Source of the DNA: Armatimonadota bacterium | GTDB lineage: Bacteria > Armatimonadota > Fimbriimonadia > Fimbriimonadales > GBS-DC | Direction: 5' to 3' | DNA: 64,000 nucleotides | Assembly (NCBI GenBank): GCA_037444405.1 | Contig: JBBIML010000011.1 | Coordinates: 64,001-128,000, forward strand | Shown here: piece by piece, positions 31,795 through 41,642 of the stretch | How the letters are laid out: the number at the start of each line of letters is the position of its first letter | Numbering within the stretch: the stretch's first letter is position 1 | Position numbers and translations under genes: made by a program | Notes under the pieces: generated by a model | Seen by the model: only the letters and a program-made list of their open reading frames with translations | Database searches by the model: none | Told to the model about the DNA's origin: nothing

Positions 31795-32903
31795 TGGCGA
31801 CCGCTCTCTTAGAGAAGCCGGAACTGCGCACGGAACCCATGCCCGAAACGGAAGAGCCGGGCGTGGCGCGGATCCCCGTGCTGCTGGTGGTGCGCCCCAG
31901 CAGCAGCGGCATGCTGCGCCATGTGCAGGGGCTGATCAAATACCTGCCCGAACACCACTTCGCGCCCACGCTCACCGGTCCCGACTTCATTCGCGACCGG
32001 ATAGGGCTGTTCGCCGATTGGCGCGCCGTACGCATCCTGCGCGAGCAAGCGAGCCACTTCCCGATTGTGCATTGCCATGGCGTGCGAGCGGGATGGGTCT
32101 GCGCCTGGGCGCTGCGCAATCGCCAGTCGTGGATGTGGACAGTGCATCACCTTCTGCTGCACAAAAGCACGCTGGTGCGCGCCGTCTGGCGATGGATTGC
32201 CCGCTACCCCACCATCATCACTGCCGTGTCGGACAGCGTGAAGGCGGGGCTGGTGCGCGGCGGCATCCCTGAAGACCGCATCGAGGTCGTTCCCGGCGGC
32301 ATCGATCTGGCGTTGTTTGAAACACCGCCCAGCCGAATCGCGATGCGCATGCAGTTCCATGTGCCGCGCGAGCGCCCGATTGTGCTGTGCGTGGGGCGAT
32401 TCGTGCCGCATAAAGGGTTCGACATCGCCATCCGTGCGATGGAGATTGTCTGGAAATCGCTGCCCGATGTCGATCTGTGGCTGGCGGGCGACGGACCCGA
32501 TAACGCGCGACTGGTCAAGCTCAGTTTGCAGAGCAGTCAGCCCCATCATATCCGCTTCTTCGGCTACTGGGGGAATGTGGAGGAGCTGTACGCCGCCGCG
32601 GATGTGCTGACGGCGCCCGCACGCGATGCGGGGCTGGGGCTGGCAGTGATGGAGGCGATGGCGTGCGGGCTGCCCGTGGTCGCCAGCCGAATCCCGCCGC
32701 TGGAACGGCTCATCAAGCACGAGGTGAACGGGCTGCTGGTGCCGCCCGATAATCCCACCGCGCTGGCGGAAGCCATCCTGCGCATCCTGAACGACCGCGC
32801 ACTAACAGGCGAGCTGGCAGCGAACGCCCGCGCCACCGCCGACCGATTCGACATCCGCCACACCGTCGCCCACACCGCCCGCCTCTATCGGCGCATGCTA
32901 TAA
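31794..32903 (+). CDS. GT4-family glycosyltransferase
   Basis: VGRFVPHKG and GLAVMEAMACGLPVVAS. Confidence 0.88.
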   Translation: MATALLEKPELRTEPMPETEEPGVARIPVLLVVRPSSSGMLRHVQGLIKYLPEHHFAPTLTGPDFIRDRIGLFADWRAVRILREQASHFPIVHCHGVRAGWVCAWALRNRQSWMWTVHHLLLHKSTLVRAVWRWIARYPTIITAVSDSVKAGLVRGGIPEDRIEVVPGGIDLALFETPPSRIAMRMQFHVPRERPIVLCVGRFVPHKGFDIAIRAMEIVWKSLPDVDLWLAGDGPDNARLVKLSLQSSQPHHIRFFGYWGNVEELYAAADVLTAPARDAGLGLAVMEAMACGLPVVASRIPPLERLIKHEVNGLLVPPDNPTALAEAILRILNDRALTGELAANARATADRFDIRHTVAHTARLYRRML

Positions 32904-32992
32904 CTCTGGCAGGAGAGTCGAACCGTGAGTCAAAAATAACCGCTGGCGGACGCAGATGTCCGCCAGCAATCACTAACAGGGAGGTTCTCACT

Positions 32993-35317
32993 ATGAGACG
33001 GTTTCTCGCAGGTGTGATGGGTTTGTTGATTCTCGCGCTAACAAGCAGTCCAGCGCAGCGGATAGAGCTGAGCGTGCGGGGCGAGAAGGTCGTTATCGTG
33101 CGCGATTCGTATGGCGTGCCGCATGTGTTCGCCAGCTCGCTCTATGGGCTGCTCTATGGCAACGGCTACGCAATCGCGCAGGATCGGCTCTGGCAGATGG
33201 AGCGTTATCGGCGGCAGGCGCGCGGCGAGCTGGCGGAGATTCTGGGTCCATCCGCGCTGGAGCAGGATAAAGCCGCCCGCATCGAAGGCTACACCGAAGA
33301 GGAGCTGCAGCGCCAGATCAGCCGCCTTGCGCCTGAACTGCAGGAGATGTTGCAGGCTTACGCCGATGGCGTGAACGCCTGGATCGAGGAGGCGAAGCGC
33401 ACGGGACAGCTGCCGCCCGGCTATGCGGAGGCGGGCATCGAACCGCGCCCGTGGCGCCCCACCGATACGGCGGCAATCGGCGTGATGATGTCGCGCCGAT
33501 TCGGTGGACTGCTGGCAGCTGGCGACCTGCGCAACTACACCCTATTGCAATATCTGCGCCTGCGCAACAAAGAGAACGCCGAAGTGTGGGCGAATGACCT
33601 GCTCTGGCTCCAGGACCCCACCTCGCCCACCACCGTGCCGCCCGAAGACAACCCGCGCAAGGCGACTCCCCGCGATCCGAAAGCCACCCTGCAGAGCCTT
33701 AAGAATCAGGCGGCACGACTGCCCAATATCGGGCTCGATGTGTTGTTGCCCGCCATGCGCCTGGCATCGGGGCAAGCCCAGATCGAGTTCGCCCATCAGC
33801 ACGGACTCTACACCCACTTCGGTAGCTATGCGATTGCGATTGCTCCCAGAAAGTCCGCCACAGGGAACGCGCTGTTTGTGGGCGCGCCGCAGATGGGCTT
33901 CAGCCTGCCTCATATTGCCGCTGAGGTACATCTTTCGGGCGCGGGCATCAACGCGCTCGGCATGAGCTTTCCGGGCATTCCCGGCATCCTCATCGGCGCG
34001 AATGAGCATCTCGCATGGACATTCACCTCCGGGATTGCCGACTTCGCCGACGCCTTCATCGAGAAGCTGAACCCCGACAATCCCGAAGAGTACTGGTACA
34101 GGGGTCAGTGGCGACGCTTTGAAAAGCGCACCGAGACCATTCAGGTCAAAGGGCGCGAGCCAGTGGAGATGACCGTCTACCGCAGCGTGCATGGACCCGT
34201 AATCGCCTTTGATCGGCGCAACAATGTGGCGATTGCGTGGTCGCTCAGCTACTGGGATCGGGAGCTGGAGGCGATGAACGCCTACAACGTCATCCTGCGT
34301 GCGCGCACGGTCGCCGATTTTGAGCGTGCCTGCTCCCATATCGTCGCCTCGTTTAACGCCTTCTGTGCCACACAGTCGGGCGACATCGCCTACTTCTACT
34401 GCGGTCGTGCGCCGAGCCGCGCCGATGGGGTCGACCCGCGCCTGCCCGTATGGGGCACGGGCGAATACGACTGGAAAGGCTTCATCCCCTTTGAGCAGAT
34501 GCCGCGCGTGATCAACCCCCGACGCGGCTTTATTGTGAACTGGAACAACAAGCCCGCTGTCTGGTGGGAGAACGGCGACACGCCCGCGTGGGGCGCCATC
34601 TTCCGCGTGCATCGGCTGATTGAGCTGGCGAACCGCAAGCCCCTGCTGACGCTGGATGATGTGAAGGCGATGATCACCGATATTGCGATGTACGACGAGG
34701 ACGCGGCAAAACTCAAGCCTGCGATGCTCGCCATCGTCAAGCGCAACCGCAACCTCACGCCCGAAATGCAGCGGGCGATTCAGGTGCTGGAGGCGTGGGA
34801 TTGCTACGAGCGCGAGGGTAGCATCGGCAAAGCGATCTGGGACGCCTGGCTGGACGCTGCTCGCACGCGCATCTTCGCCGATGACCTCGGCAACTTCTTT
34901 GACCCGAACCTGTTCCGCCTCGCGATTCAGCCCAGCTATATTCTCTACGCGCTGCAGGGCAACCGCGCCAGCGTGCCGCGCCTGTATGACTACTTTAACG
35001 GCAAGCCGAAAGAGGAGGTGCTGGCGATCGCGCTGGCGGACGCGCTGACCCAGCTGAAGCAGAAGTACGGCGCGAGCATGAGCCAGTGGCGCTACAGTGC
35101 GCCGCGCATGAACTGGGGCAGCAACCTGCCTGGTGTGCCCTATACCGACCGCGGCTCCTATATTCAGGTGATTGAGCTGAGCAACCCGCTCATGGGCGAA
35201 AATGTGCTGCCACCCGGTCAAAGTGAAGACCCGCGCTCGCCTCACTTCAGCGACCAGCGCGACCTCGCCAGCTGGTGGCTCTTCAAACCGATGCGACTGG
35301 ACATGAAGGCGCAGTGA
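32993..35317 (+). CDS. Penicillin acylase family Ntn-hydrolase
   Basis: RDSYGVPH, AQDRLWQM, GS(Y)AIAI processing site, NWNNK and PPGQS...HFSDQ. Confidence 0.9.
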   Translation: MRRFLAGVMGLLILALTSSPAQRIELSVRGEKVVIVRDSYGVPHVFASSLYGLLYGNGYAIAQDRLWQMERYRRQARGELAEILGPSALEQDKAARIEGYTEEELQRQISRLAPELQEMLQAYADGVNAWIEEAKRTGQLPPGYAEAGIEPRPWRPTDTAAIGVMMSRRFGGLLAAGDLRNYTLLQYLRLRNKENAEVWANDLLWLQDPTSPTTVPPEDNPRKATPRDPKATLQSLKNQAARLPNIGLDVLLPAMRLASGQAQIEFAHQHGLYTHFGSYAIAIAPRKSATGNALFVGAPQMGFSLPHIAAEVHLSGAGINALGMSFPGIPGILIGANEHLAWTFTSGIADFADAFIEKLNPDNPEEYWYRGQWRRFEKRTETIQVKGREPVEMTVYRSVHGPVIAFDRRNNVAIAWSLSYWDRELEAMNAYNVILRARTVADFERACSHIVASFNAFCATQSGDIAYFYCGRAPSRADGVDPRLPVWGTGEYDWKGFIPFEQMPRVINPRRGFIVNWNNKPAVWWENGDTPAWGAIFRVHRLIELANRKPLLTLDDVKAMITDIAMYDEDAAKLKPAMLAIVKRNRNLTPEMQRAIQVLEAWDCYEREGSIGKAIWDAWLDAARTRIFADDLGNFFDPNLFRLAIQPSYILYALQGNRASVPRLYDYFNGKPKEEVLAIALADALTQLKQKYGASMSQWRYSAPRMNWGSNLPGVPYTDRGSYIQVIELSNPLMGENVLPPGQSEDPRSPHFSDQRDLASWWLFKPMRLDMKAQ

Positions 35318-35320
35318 AAG

Positions 35321-35358
35321 CAACCTCCCTTGCCAGCTCAGGCTGGCAAGGGAGGTTG
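35321..35358. terminator. 17-bp perfect inverted repeat between convergent genes
   Basis: CAACCTCCCTTGCCAGC-TCAG-GCTGGCAAGGGAGGTTG. Confidence 0.65.
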
Positions 35359-35372
35359 TGAGTATTCACATT

Positions 35373-36287
35373 TTACTCGTACGCCGAGTTCGGACAGGGT
35401 GGATAAAGGTTGTTGGCGGAACCACACTGGCAGTTCAGCACATTGGCAATTGCGGTTTCGGGAATCCCGAAAAAGTCCCCAAAGCAGTTATTATGAGGAT
35501 TCACGGTATTGAACTCAGCTTCGGTTCTTGGCACACGCCGCGGGTTATCGAAACCGGGCGGGTAGTGGAAGCCATAGTAGAACTGATTTTGCGAGCGGAG
35601 CGGGCAAGAAGTTCGGGTGGCAGGGGGGCTTATGAGACGCCCACCGTTTGGGATGCCCAGGTGGTAAGACCACTTCACATGCCCATCCGCATAGACGAGA
35701 TTGGACCCCAGTGTATGGCGCGGCCAGATGTCGATCTTGAACCAGTATTCAAACCAGTAGGTGCCCGCGTTGTAGTACCAGTAACCATCCACAATGGCAA
35801 TTGTTTCTGCTGGGCGTGGTACCGCAGATTCACTCATCGGCGGGCTGTATCGCTTGTAAGCCACATTCGATCGGCAGAAGTCGAAGTTCAGCAGTCCGTA
35901 GTTGGGCACATAGGCGAAGTAGCGGAAGTTGCGAGCCGACTGATAGCCTCTATGGGCAAGTCGCGCCTGCCAATCCATGCCACCATTTGGACCAGGATAG
36001 CTGGGGCAGGTGTAGATGTCGGGGCCTTTCACATAGGGATGGATCAGATCAAGCAGGTGATAGACCACAGGACCAACTCCGTAGACGCCCCGTGGGTAAT
36101 ACCCATCATAGTCGGTGCTGTATGCCAGGACAGCTGCGGATAGCTGCCGCAGATTGCTCAAGCACACCGTTTGCCGTCCCTTCTCGCGCGCCTGTGCGAA
36201 CACGGGGAACAGAATCGCCGCCAGAATGGCGATGATGGCGATCACCACCAGCAGTTCGATCAGCGTAAAGCCGTTGCGAATGCGCAT
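35373..36287 (-). CDS. Prepilin-type N-terminal / H-X9-DG (DUF1559-like) protein
   Basis: [14 protein letters not shown] and [23 protein letters not shown] before MRIRNG. Confidence 0.88.
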   Translation of the reverse strand: MRIRNGFTLIELLVVIAIIAILAAILFPVFAQAREKGRQTVCLSNLRQLSAAVLAYSTDYDGYYPRGVYGVGPVVYHLLDLIHPYVKGPDIYTCPSYPGPNGGMDWQARLAHRGYQSARNFRYFAYVPNYGLLNFDFCRSNVAYKRYSPPMSESAVPRPAETIAIVDGYWYYNAGTYWFEYWFKIDIWPRHTLGSNLVYADGHVKWSYHLGIPNGGRLISPPATRTSCPLRSQNQFYYGFHYPPGFDNPRRVPRTEAEFNTVNPHNNCFGDFFGIPETAIANVLNCQCGSANNLYPPCPNSAYE

Positions 36288-36485
36288 TTTTCGCCTCCTC
36301 ACATTCTATTATACACCATCACAACATCGATTGCAAGTGTCGCGTAGGCATCTGAAAAAAGCGCGCTTTTCGACCGCGCTTCCGGTCTCCCCTCTACATT
36401 CGTGATGTGGGAGGTAGAGTGCCTGGAAGAGATAGTGGAACCGCCGGGTGTCGCTTTTCGTTCCTCCCTTATTAGGAGGTTCGAA

Positions 36486-37533
36486 ATGGGAGCAAAACTT
36501 GCTGCACGAATGATGGCTGTGGTGGTTCTGACGCTGATGGGGAGCGCGATGGTGAGGCTGTCCCATGCCGACCTTGCTGGTTAACAGTCGCCAGACCCAT
36601 CAGATTCTGCGCTTTGACGAGCGCACGGGCGCGTTGCTGGGCGTGTTCGCTGCGGGAGGGCTTCTTAACCGCCCGGAAGGGTTCACCTTCGGGCCGGATG
36701 GGAACCTCTATGTTGCCAGCAACGACCCCGATAGCGTGCTGCGTTTCGATGGCGCGACGGGCGCCTTTCTCGGCGTGTTTATCCCGGAAGGGCTGGGCGG
36801 AATGACCGATCCCGGCTCGCTGGTGTTTGGACCCGATGGCAACCTTTATGTTGCCGATGAGCAGCTGAACGCGATTCTACGCTTCGATGGGCACACGGGC
36901 GCGTTCATCGATTCACCTGTACCCGCTAACAGCGGCGGGCTGATGCATCCCGCCGACATGGTGTTCGGACCCGATGGCAACCTTTATGTCGCCAGTCGCG
37001 ACACCAACAACATCCTGCGCTACAGCAGGAGCGACGGCGCGTTCATGGGTGTGTTCGTGCCCGCTGGGCGGGGTGGACTGGATCGTCCCGAGGGGCTTAT
37101 CTTCGGAACTGACAACCGCCTCTATGTGAGCAGCTCCCGCACGAACCAGGTGCTGCGTTACGACAGGGATGGCAACTTCGTGGGCGTCTTCGCTGTTGGG
37201 CTGGATGACCCGAACGCGCTTCGCTTCGGACCCGATGGCAACCTCTATGTGGTCGACGCCGATTTGAACGCGGTGCTGCGCTTCAACGGCACATCGGGCG
37301 CTGCGATGGGCGTGTTCGCCAGCAGCGGGCTGTCCGAGCCGACCCATCTGGCGTTCACCCCGCGAAACGGCGATGTCAACAGCGATGGCTGCGTGGATGA
37401 TGCCGACCTACTCACCGTGCTGTTCGAGTACGGAAGGCTGGGCACCGGGCAACGGGCGGATATGAACCACGATAGCGTGGTGGATGACGCCGACCTGTTG
37501 ATTGTGCTGTTCCATTTCGGTCGGGGCTGCTGA
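36486..37533 (+). pseudogene. Secreted NHL/Vgb-like beta-propeller with the dockerin-like tag, frameshifted just after the signal peptide
   Basis: AGGAGG RBS and signal peptide MGAKL...SHA in one frame; FGPDGNLYV repeats and GDVNSDGCVDDADLL...GRGC in the next. One extra base at about 36572. Confidence 0.8.
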
Positions 37534-37585
37534 GACTCGCGCTTTTAACCCCGACCCCGGCGGAATGGATGCCTGCAAGCTCGAT

Positions 37586-37612
37586 CCCCTCTCCCACAGT
37601 GTGGGGGAGGGG
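37586..37612 (+). repeat. Hairpin half of the palindromic repeat family
   Basis: CCCCTCTCCCACAGTGTGGGGGAGGGG. Confidence 0.7.
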
Positions 37613-37624
37613 AAAATGCTCGCA

Positions 37625-37651
37625 GCAGGAATCGGCTCCTGGCGGCTCGAA
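37625..37651 (+). promoter_or_regulatory. GCAGGAAT-N15-CGAA promoter-like motif
   Basis: Upstream of the SPOR gene; recurrent motif. Confidence 0.5.
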
Positions 37652-37776
37652 AACAAATCCCAGCGAACTTCAGGAGGTGGGCTGTGAGGCTGAAGTGGAT
37701 GGTGTTGGAGAGGTGGCTGGGCGCATCCTGCTGACATGCTATAATTCGAGTGGCGGCTGTTGCAGGAGGTGAGCTG

Positions 37777-38556
37777 ATGCCGCTCGACTTCCGTTCCGTA
37801 GATGAAGATGAGGGCTTTTCGATGAGGCGCTTTTTGAAGACGGTGGGGTTCGGCGTGGCGGTCTTTCTGGTGTTTCTGGCGCTGGGCTACTATGTGATTG
37901 GACCGCGCCTGACTTTCACGCCCGAAGGCACCCCGAAGCTGCGCTGGCGAGCGGATACGGGAGCTGCTGATTCAAGCCGTCAACCGCCGCCGATGCCGAA
38001 GGTGGAGGTGTATGAGAAGCTGCCCGCCGATGTGGTGGCGTCGACAGGCGCGGAGATTGGCGCGCGCGAGGTCGCCCCGTTCGATTACGACCGTTTTGTT
38101 AAGCGGCGGGAGAAGGTGCGCCAGCAGAAGCGCGCCGAATCGGTGGAGACTCCTGCGGACGAGGGTGCGCCGTCGGACGAGGAGACCCTGATAGTGCCTG
38201 AAGCGGAGCCGGAGCCGCCGCCCGCCGATACACCTGCCGAAACGCCCGCCGAGCTGCCGGCGGAGCCGCCCGCGCCCCAGCCAGAGCCGAAACCTGCCGC
38301 GCCGCCGCCCAGCAGCGGGGAGCAGACGCTCTATCGCGTGCAGGTCGGGGTGTATGACCAGCGGGAGCGGGCGAACGCGCTGGTGCAAACGCTCAACGCC
38401 AGTGGCTTCGCGGCGACCATCGTGCCGTTTCAGGCAGAGGGACGCACGCGCTATCGGGTGCAGGTGCTGGTGACGCGCGACCGCGCCAAAGCGGAGCAGG
38501 TGAAGCAGCAGCTGGAAAGTCGCGGCTTCCCCGCCTATATCGCGGTGCTGCGCTGA
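37777..38556 (+). CDS. SPOR-domain membrane protein (FtsN/DedD-like architecture)
   Basis: TM, Pro/Glu-rich linker and YRVQVG...A..L...GF SPOR repeats. Confidence 0.85.
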   Translation: MPLDFRSVDEDEGFSMRRFLKTVGFGVAVFLVFLALGYYVIGPRLTFTPEGTPKLRWRADTGAADSSRQPPPMPKVEVYEKLPADVVASTGAEIGAREVAPFDYDRFVKRREKVRQQKRAESVETPADEGAPSDEETLIVPEAEPEPPPADTPAETPAELPAEPPAPQPEPKPAAPPPSSGEQTLYRVQVGVYDQRERANALVQTLNASGFAATIVPFQAEGRTRYRVQVLVTRDRAKAEQVKQQLESRGFPAYIAVLR

Positions 38557-38557
38557 G

Positions 38558-39463
38558 TTAGCCGTCAGGCACCATGTAGTGCTGATGGGCGAGGGTGCGC
38601 AGTTTTTCGATGGCGCGCTTCTCCAGCTGGCGAACCCGCTCGCGCGAGAGACGCGCTTTGCAACCGGGCGGTATCTCGCTGACCTCCAGTCCCAGCCAGC
38701 GATGGATTGCCCAGCACTCGCGCGGCGTCAGGTGCTTCCGCGCCAGCTCCAGCAGCTCCCAGAGCCAGAGGCGATAGAACGCCACCGTCTCCGGGTCCTC
38801 CTCTTCCGGGTTGGCAATTAATGCGCCCAGTGGGGCGTCCTGCTCGTCGTCGACTTTCTGCTCCAGCGACAGGTGGCTTTGCGTGTATTTGAGCAGGCGG
38901 TGAACCTTGCTAACCGGCATGCCCAGATAGGCGGCAATCTGTTCCGGGGTCGGCTCCATGCCGTGTTGCAGGCGTAGCTCCACGCGAGCCCGCTCGATGC
39001 GGCGCAGGGTGTCGACGGCGTGGTTCGGCAGGCGGATCAGACCCGCCTGTGAATCGGCGGCGCGCCCAATCGCCTGACGAATCCAGTGGATGGCATAGGT
39101 GCTGAAGCGCAGCCCGCGACTGGTGTCGAAGTGGTTGATAGCTTTGATCAGCCCGAGAGCGCCCTCCTGCACGAGGTCTTCCAGGGGCAAGCCAGGGCGC
39201 GCATAGCGGCGGGCGACGCTCAGCACCAGGCGCAGATTGCTCTCGACGAGTCGGTTGCGGGCGTCTTCGTCTCCTGCCTGGGCGCGCTGGAGCAGCTCCA
39301 TCTCTTCTTCGGGGGTTAGCAGTGGTCGGCGCAGGACAGAACCCAGCACGCCATCCAGCACGCTGCCGCGCAGCCCCTGCTCCAGCCCCTCATCTGGCTC
39401 CAGATAATCATCTACCAACGGCTCCTCTTCCGCATAAAGGCGCTGTGATGCGAACATTCCCAT
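38558..39463 (-). CDS. RpoD/RpoS-like alternative sigma-70 factor
   Basis: LLTPEEE, NLRLVLSVARRY, DLVQEGALGL, RFSTYAIHWIRQ and SRERVRQLE. Confidence 0.9.
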   Translation of the reverse strand: MGMFASQRLYAEEEPLVDDYLEPDEGLEQGLRGSVLDGVLGSVLRRPLLTPEEEMELLQRAQAGDEDARNRLVESNLRLVLSVARRYARPGLPLEDLVQEGALGLIKAINHFDTSRGLRFSTYAIHWIRQAIGRAADSQAGLIRLPNHAVDTLRRIERARVELRLQHGMEPTPEQIAAYLGMPVSKVHRLLKYTQSHLSLEQKVDDEQDAPLGALIANPEEEDPETVAFYRLWLWELLELARKHLTPRECWAIHRWLGLEVSEIPPGCKARLSRERVRQLEKRAIEKLRTLAHQHYMVPDG

Positions 39464-39543
39464 ACCCCGCTAAAAGGGAGAGCAGCAACTTTTGTGCCAC
39501 AGATGGCTCTATGAGGTGAAGGAGGAGCGCGGTGACCACGCCC

Positions 39544-40464
39544 TTACTCGCGGGGCATGATGCGCCAGTGCCCTTTCTCCATTCGCGCTGTGTAGCGCGT
39601 GCCAATCAGCAGCTGTTGCAGGGCTTCCTCCAGCGTGGCGTCGCGCACATCCAGCACGACCAGCGGGTTCGCCTCGGAGGGCGCGGGCAGCCACTCAATC
39701 GGCGTCTGATAGGTTCTGGCTAACCGGGCCAGTGCAGCGGCGAGGTTCGCCCGCAGGCGCAGGTCTGCCCGCGCCATCGGCGGATAGCCATCGGGCACAA
39801 AGAACGCCCGATGCTGGTCGTCCACCGTCCACCAGAAGGTGGCGGCGTACGGATCGGCGGACGCCCGCTGGATGAGTGGCAGTGGGATTTCGACGGTTTT
39901 GCCGGGTTGGAGCGTGCCCTGCCAGATGCGTTGCGCGGTGCGGGGCGGGCTATCGGGTTCCGATGCGAGCGCGAGCATCGCGCTGGCTTCACGGTTCAGC
40001 GCAGCCTGCAGCACGGGTATCCGCTCCCCGCCGCCCACCGACCGCCACTCCAGACGGATGCCCGCCTCCACAGGGGCAGGGATGACGGTTTCCGGGGAGC
40101 GTTTGGGCGGAATGAGATCGAAGCCTGCCATCACACCGCCAGGTCGTGCGCTGAAGAAGCCCAGCAGGAAGAGCGTGGCAGCGGCGGCGGCAGCGCCCAC
40201 CCATCGCCAGATCAATCCGCGCTGGCTCTGCATCCGCGCTCGCTGCTGCGCCCGCACATAGGTGAGGATCCGCGCGTGCAGATCGGGCGGCGCGTCCGGC
40301 ACAGGGGTCCGCGCCAGCGAGCGCCAGATGCCCTGCCGGAACTGCCACTCCCGACGGCAACTGGCACACGCGCTCAGGTGCGCCTCCAGCGACTGCATGA
40401 CCGCAGCGCTCAGCGCACCCTCCAGATAGTCATTCAACAGAGCCTGAACCTGTTCGCAACGCAT
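39544..40464 (-). CDS. zf-HC2 transmembrane anti-sigma factor with an STN-like C-terminus
   Basis: HLSACASC, TM, and C-terminal VRDATLEEALQQLL. Confidence 0.8.
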   Translation of the reverse strand: MRCEQVQALLNDYLEGALSAAVMQSLEAHLSACASCRREWQFRQGIWRSLARTPVPDAPPDLHARILTYVRAQQRARMQSQRGLIWRWVGAAAAAATLFLLGFFSARPGGVMAGFDLIPPKRSPETVIPAPVEAGIRLEWRSVGGGERIPVLQAALNREASAMLALASEPDSPPRTAQRIWQGTLQPGKTVEIPLPLIQRASADPYAATFWWTVDDQHRAFFVPDGYPPMARADLRLRANLAAALARLARTYQTPIEWLPAPSEANPLVVLDVRDATLEEALQQLLIGTRYTARMEKGHWRIMPRE

Positions 40465-41086
40465 CGGCTGTCTCCGAAGGGTTTGGACGGCTCCCCGACT
40501 CAAAAAGTTCCCGATGGGGTTCCAGCAGCTCGCGCAAGGTCGCTCGCGCCCGATTCAACCGCGACTTAATTGTGCCCAGCGGCAGCCCCGTGACGGCGGC
40601 AATCTCCTCATAGGACAGCTGCTCCTCGTGGAACAGCAGCACCACGATGCGCTGGTAGTCGGGCAGCTGCTCGATGGCTTCGCGCAGTACACGCTGCCGC
40701 TCCTGCTCCAGCAGGTGTTCGTCCAGATCGATGCTTTCATCCGCGATGGGCAGCTCCAGCGGTTCGTCGTCTTCGTCGGAGGGGATTTCCAGCGGCAGGT
40801 GCTGGTGGCGTCGCTCCCGCTTGTAGAAGTCGAAGTAGACATTCTGCACGATTCGGTAGAGCCATGTGGTGAGCTGGGCGTCGCCGCGGAAGCGCTTGAG
40901 GGCGGTGTACATGCGCAGGAACGCCTCCGCCGTCACATCGGCGGCGTCGTCGGCGTTATGGGTAAGCCGATAGGCGTGCTGGTAGACCTTCTGCTCGTAG
41001 CGGCGCACCAGCTGGTCGAAGGCGGTATCATCGCCCTCTTTGAACCGCTCAATGAGCCACTCGTCGCTCAGTTCGAAGCCGTTCAC
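40430..41086 (-). CDS. ECF sigma factor
   Basis: AFDQLVRRY, DAADV, TWLYRI and SYEEIA...GTIKSRLNRAR. Confidence 0.92.
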   Translation of the reverse strand: MNGFELSDEWLIERFKEGDDTAFDQLVRRYEQKVYQHAYRLTHNADDAADVTAEAFLRMYTALKRFRGDAQLTTWLYRIVQNVYFDFYKRERRHQHLPLEIPSDEDDEPLELPIADESIDLDEHLLEQERQRVLREAIEQLPDYQRIVVLLFHEEQLSYEEIAAVTGLPLGTIKSRLNRARATLRELLEPHRELFESGSRPNPSETADALRTGSGSVE

Positions 41087-41607
41087 ACTCGCGCCTCCGT
41101 TTGCTGTGCCTGCTCCATCGCCTGCTGGATGGCGAGGCGTTCCTCGTCCGATAGTCCAACGGTGGAGCGCATCCGCTGGATGGGCTTGGCGTAGACGCGC
41201 ATCTCCTGTCGGCTATGGATGCCGCTCAGCACGATGCCGTCGCCCGCGCGGTTCAGCAGAGCAATCGCGAAGCTCTGCTGACCGCCAGCATCTGGAAAGG
41301 CGTCATACCGCACGACGCCCACCTGCTGGATGCACCCATCGGTTTGACTCTGCAGCCGTTGCAGATGGTTCCCGTGCGTTTTGAGGGTTTCTTCCATCAG
41401 GGAGACCCGTCGCAGCGTTTCATAGAGCAGTCGCTCCAGTGAGTTGCCTTCGCTGCCCGTGAGCAGGTTGCGCCAGCGTCGCTGGAACGCACGCCAGCGC
41501 AGCGTCAGCCACAGGTTCCATACCAGCAATGCCAGCAACACGCCGGTCAGCACCAGCGTGGCTTCGGTACTGCCCGCCCAGTCGCGAATCGCCTGCCAGT
41601 CCATCAT
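41083..41607 (-). CDS. DUF4446-family membrane protein
   Basis: VGVVRYDAFPDAGGQQSFAIALL...RVYAKPI...LSDEE. Confidence 0.8.
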   Translation of the reverse strand: MMDWQAIRDWAGSTEATLVLTGVLLALLVWNLWLTLRWRAFQRRWRNLLTGSEGNSLERLLYETLRRVSLMEETLKTHGNHLQRLQSQTDGCIQQVGVVRYDAFPDAGGQQSFAIALLNRAGDGIVLSGIHSRQEMRVYAKPIQRMRSTVGLSDEERLAIQQAMEQAQQTEARV

Positions 41608-41642
41608 CCCGATTCTACCGTTTTCCGGGGTATAATAGGGTT

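Noticed and set aside
33542..35323. 593-aa minus-strand ORF
   Set aside because: Antisense shadow of the acylase gene, typical of high-GC codon bias, with no motifs.
35358..36143. 261-aa plus-strand ORF
   Set aside because: Antisense to the prepilin-like gene, with no motif or RBS.
36600..37360. Repeated TTCGGACCCGATGGCAACCT as a possible CRISPR or DNA repeat
   Set aside because: These are in-frame protein propeller repeats (FGPDGNLYV) with synonymous variation, and there are no cas genes.
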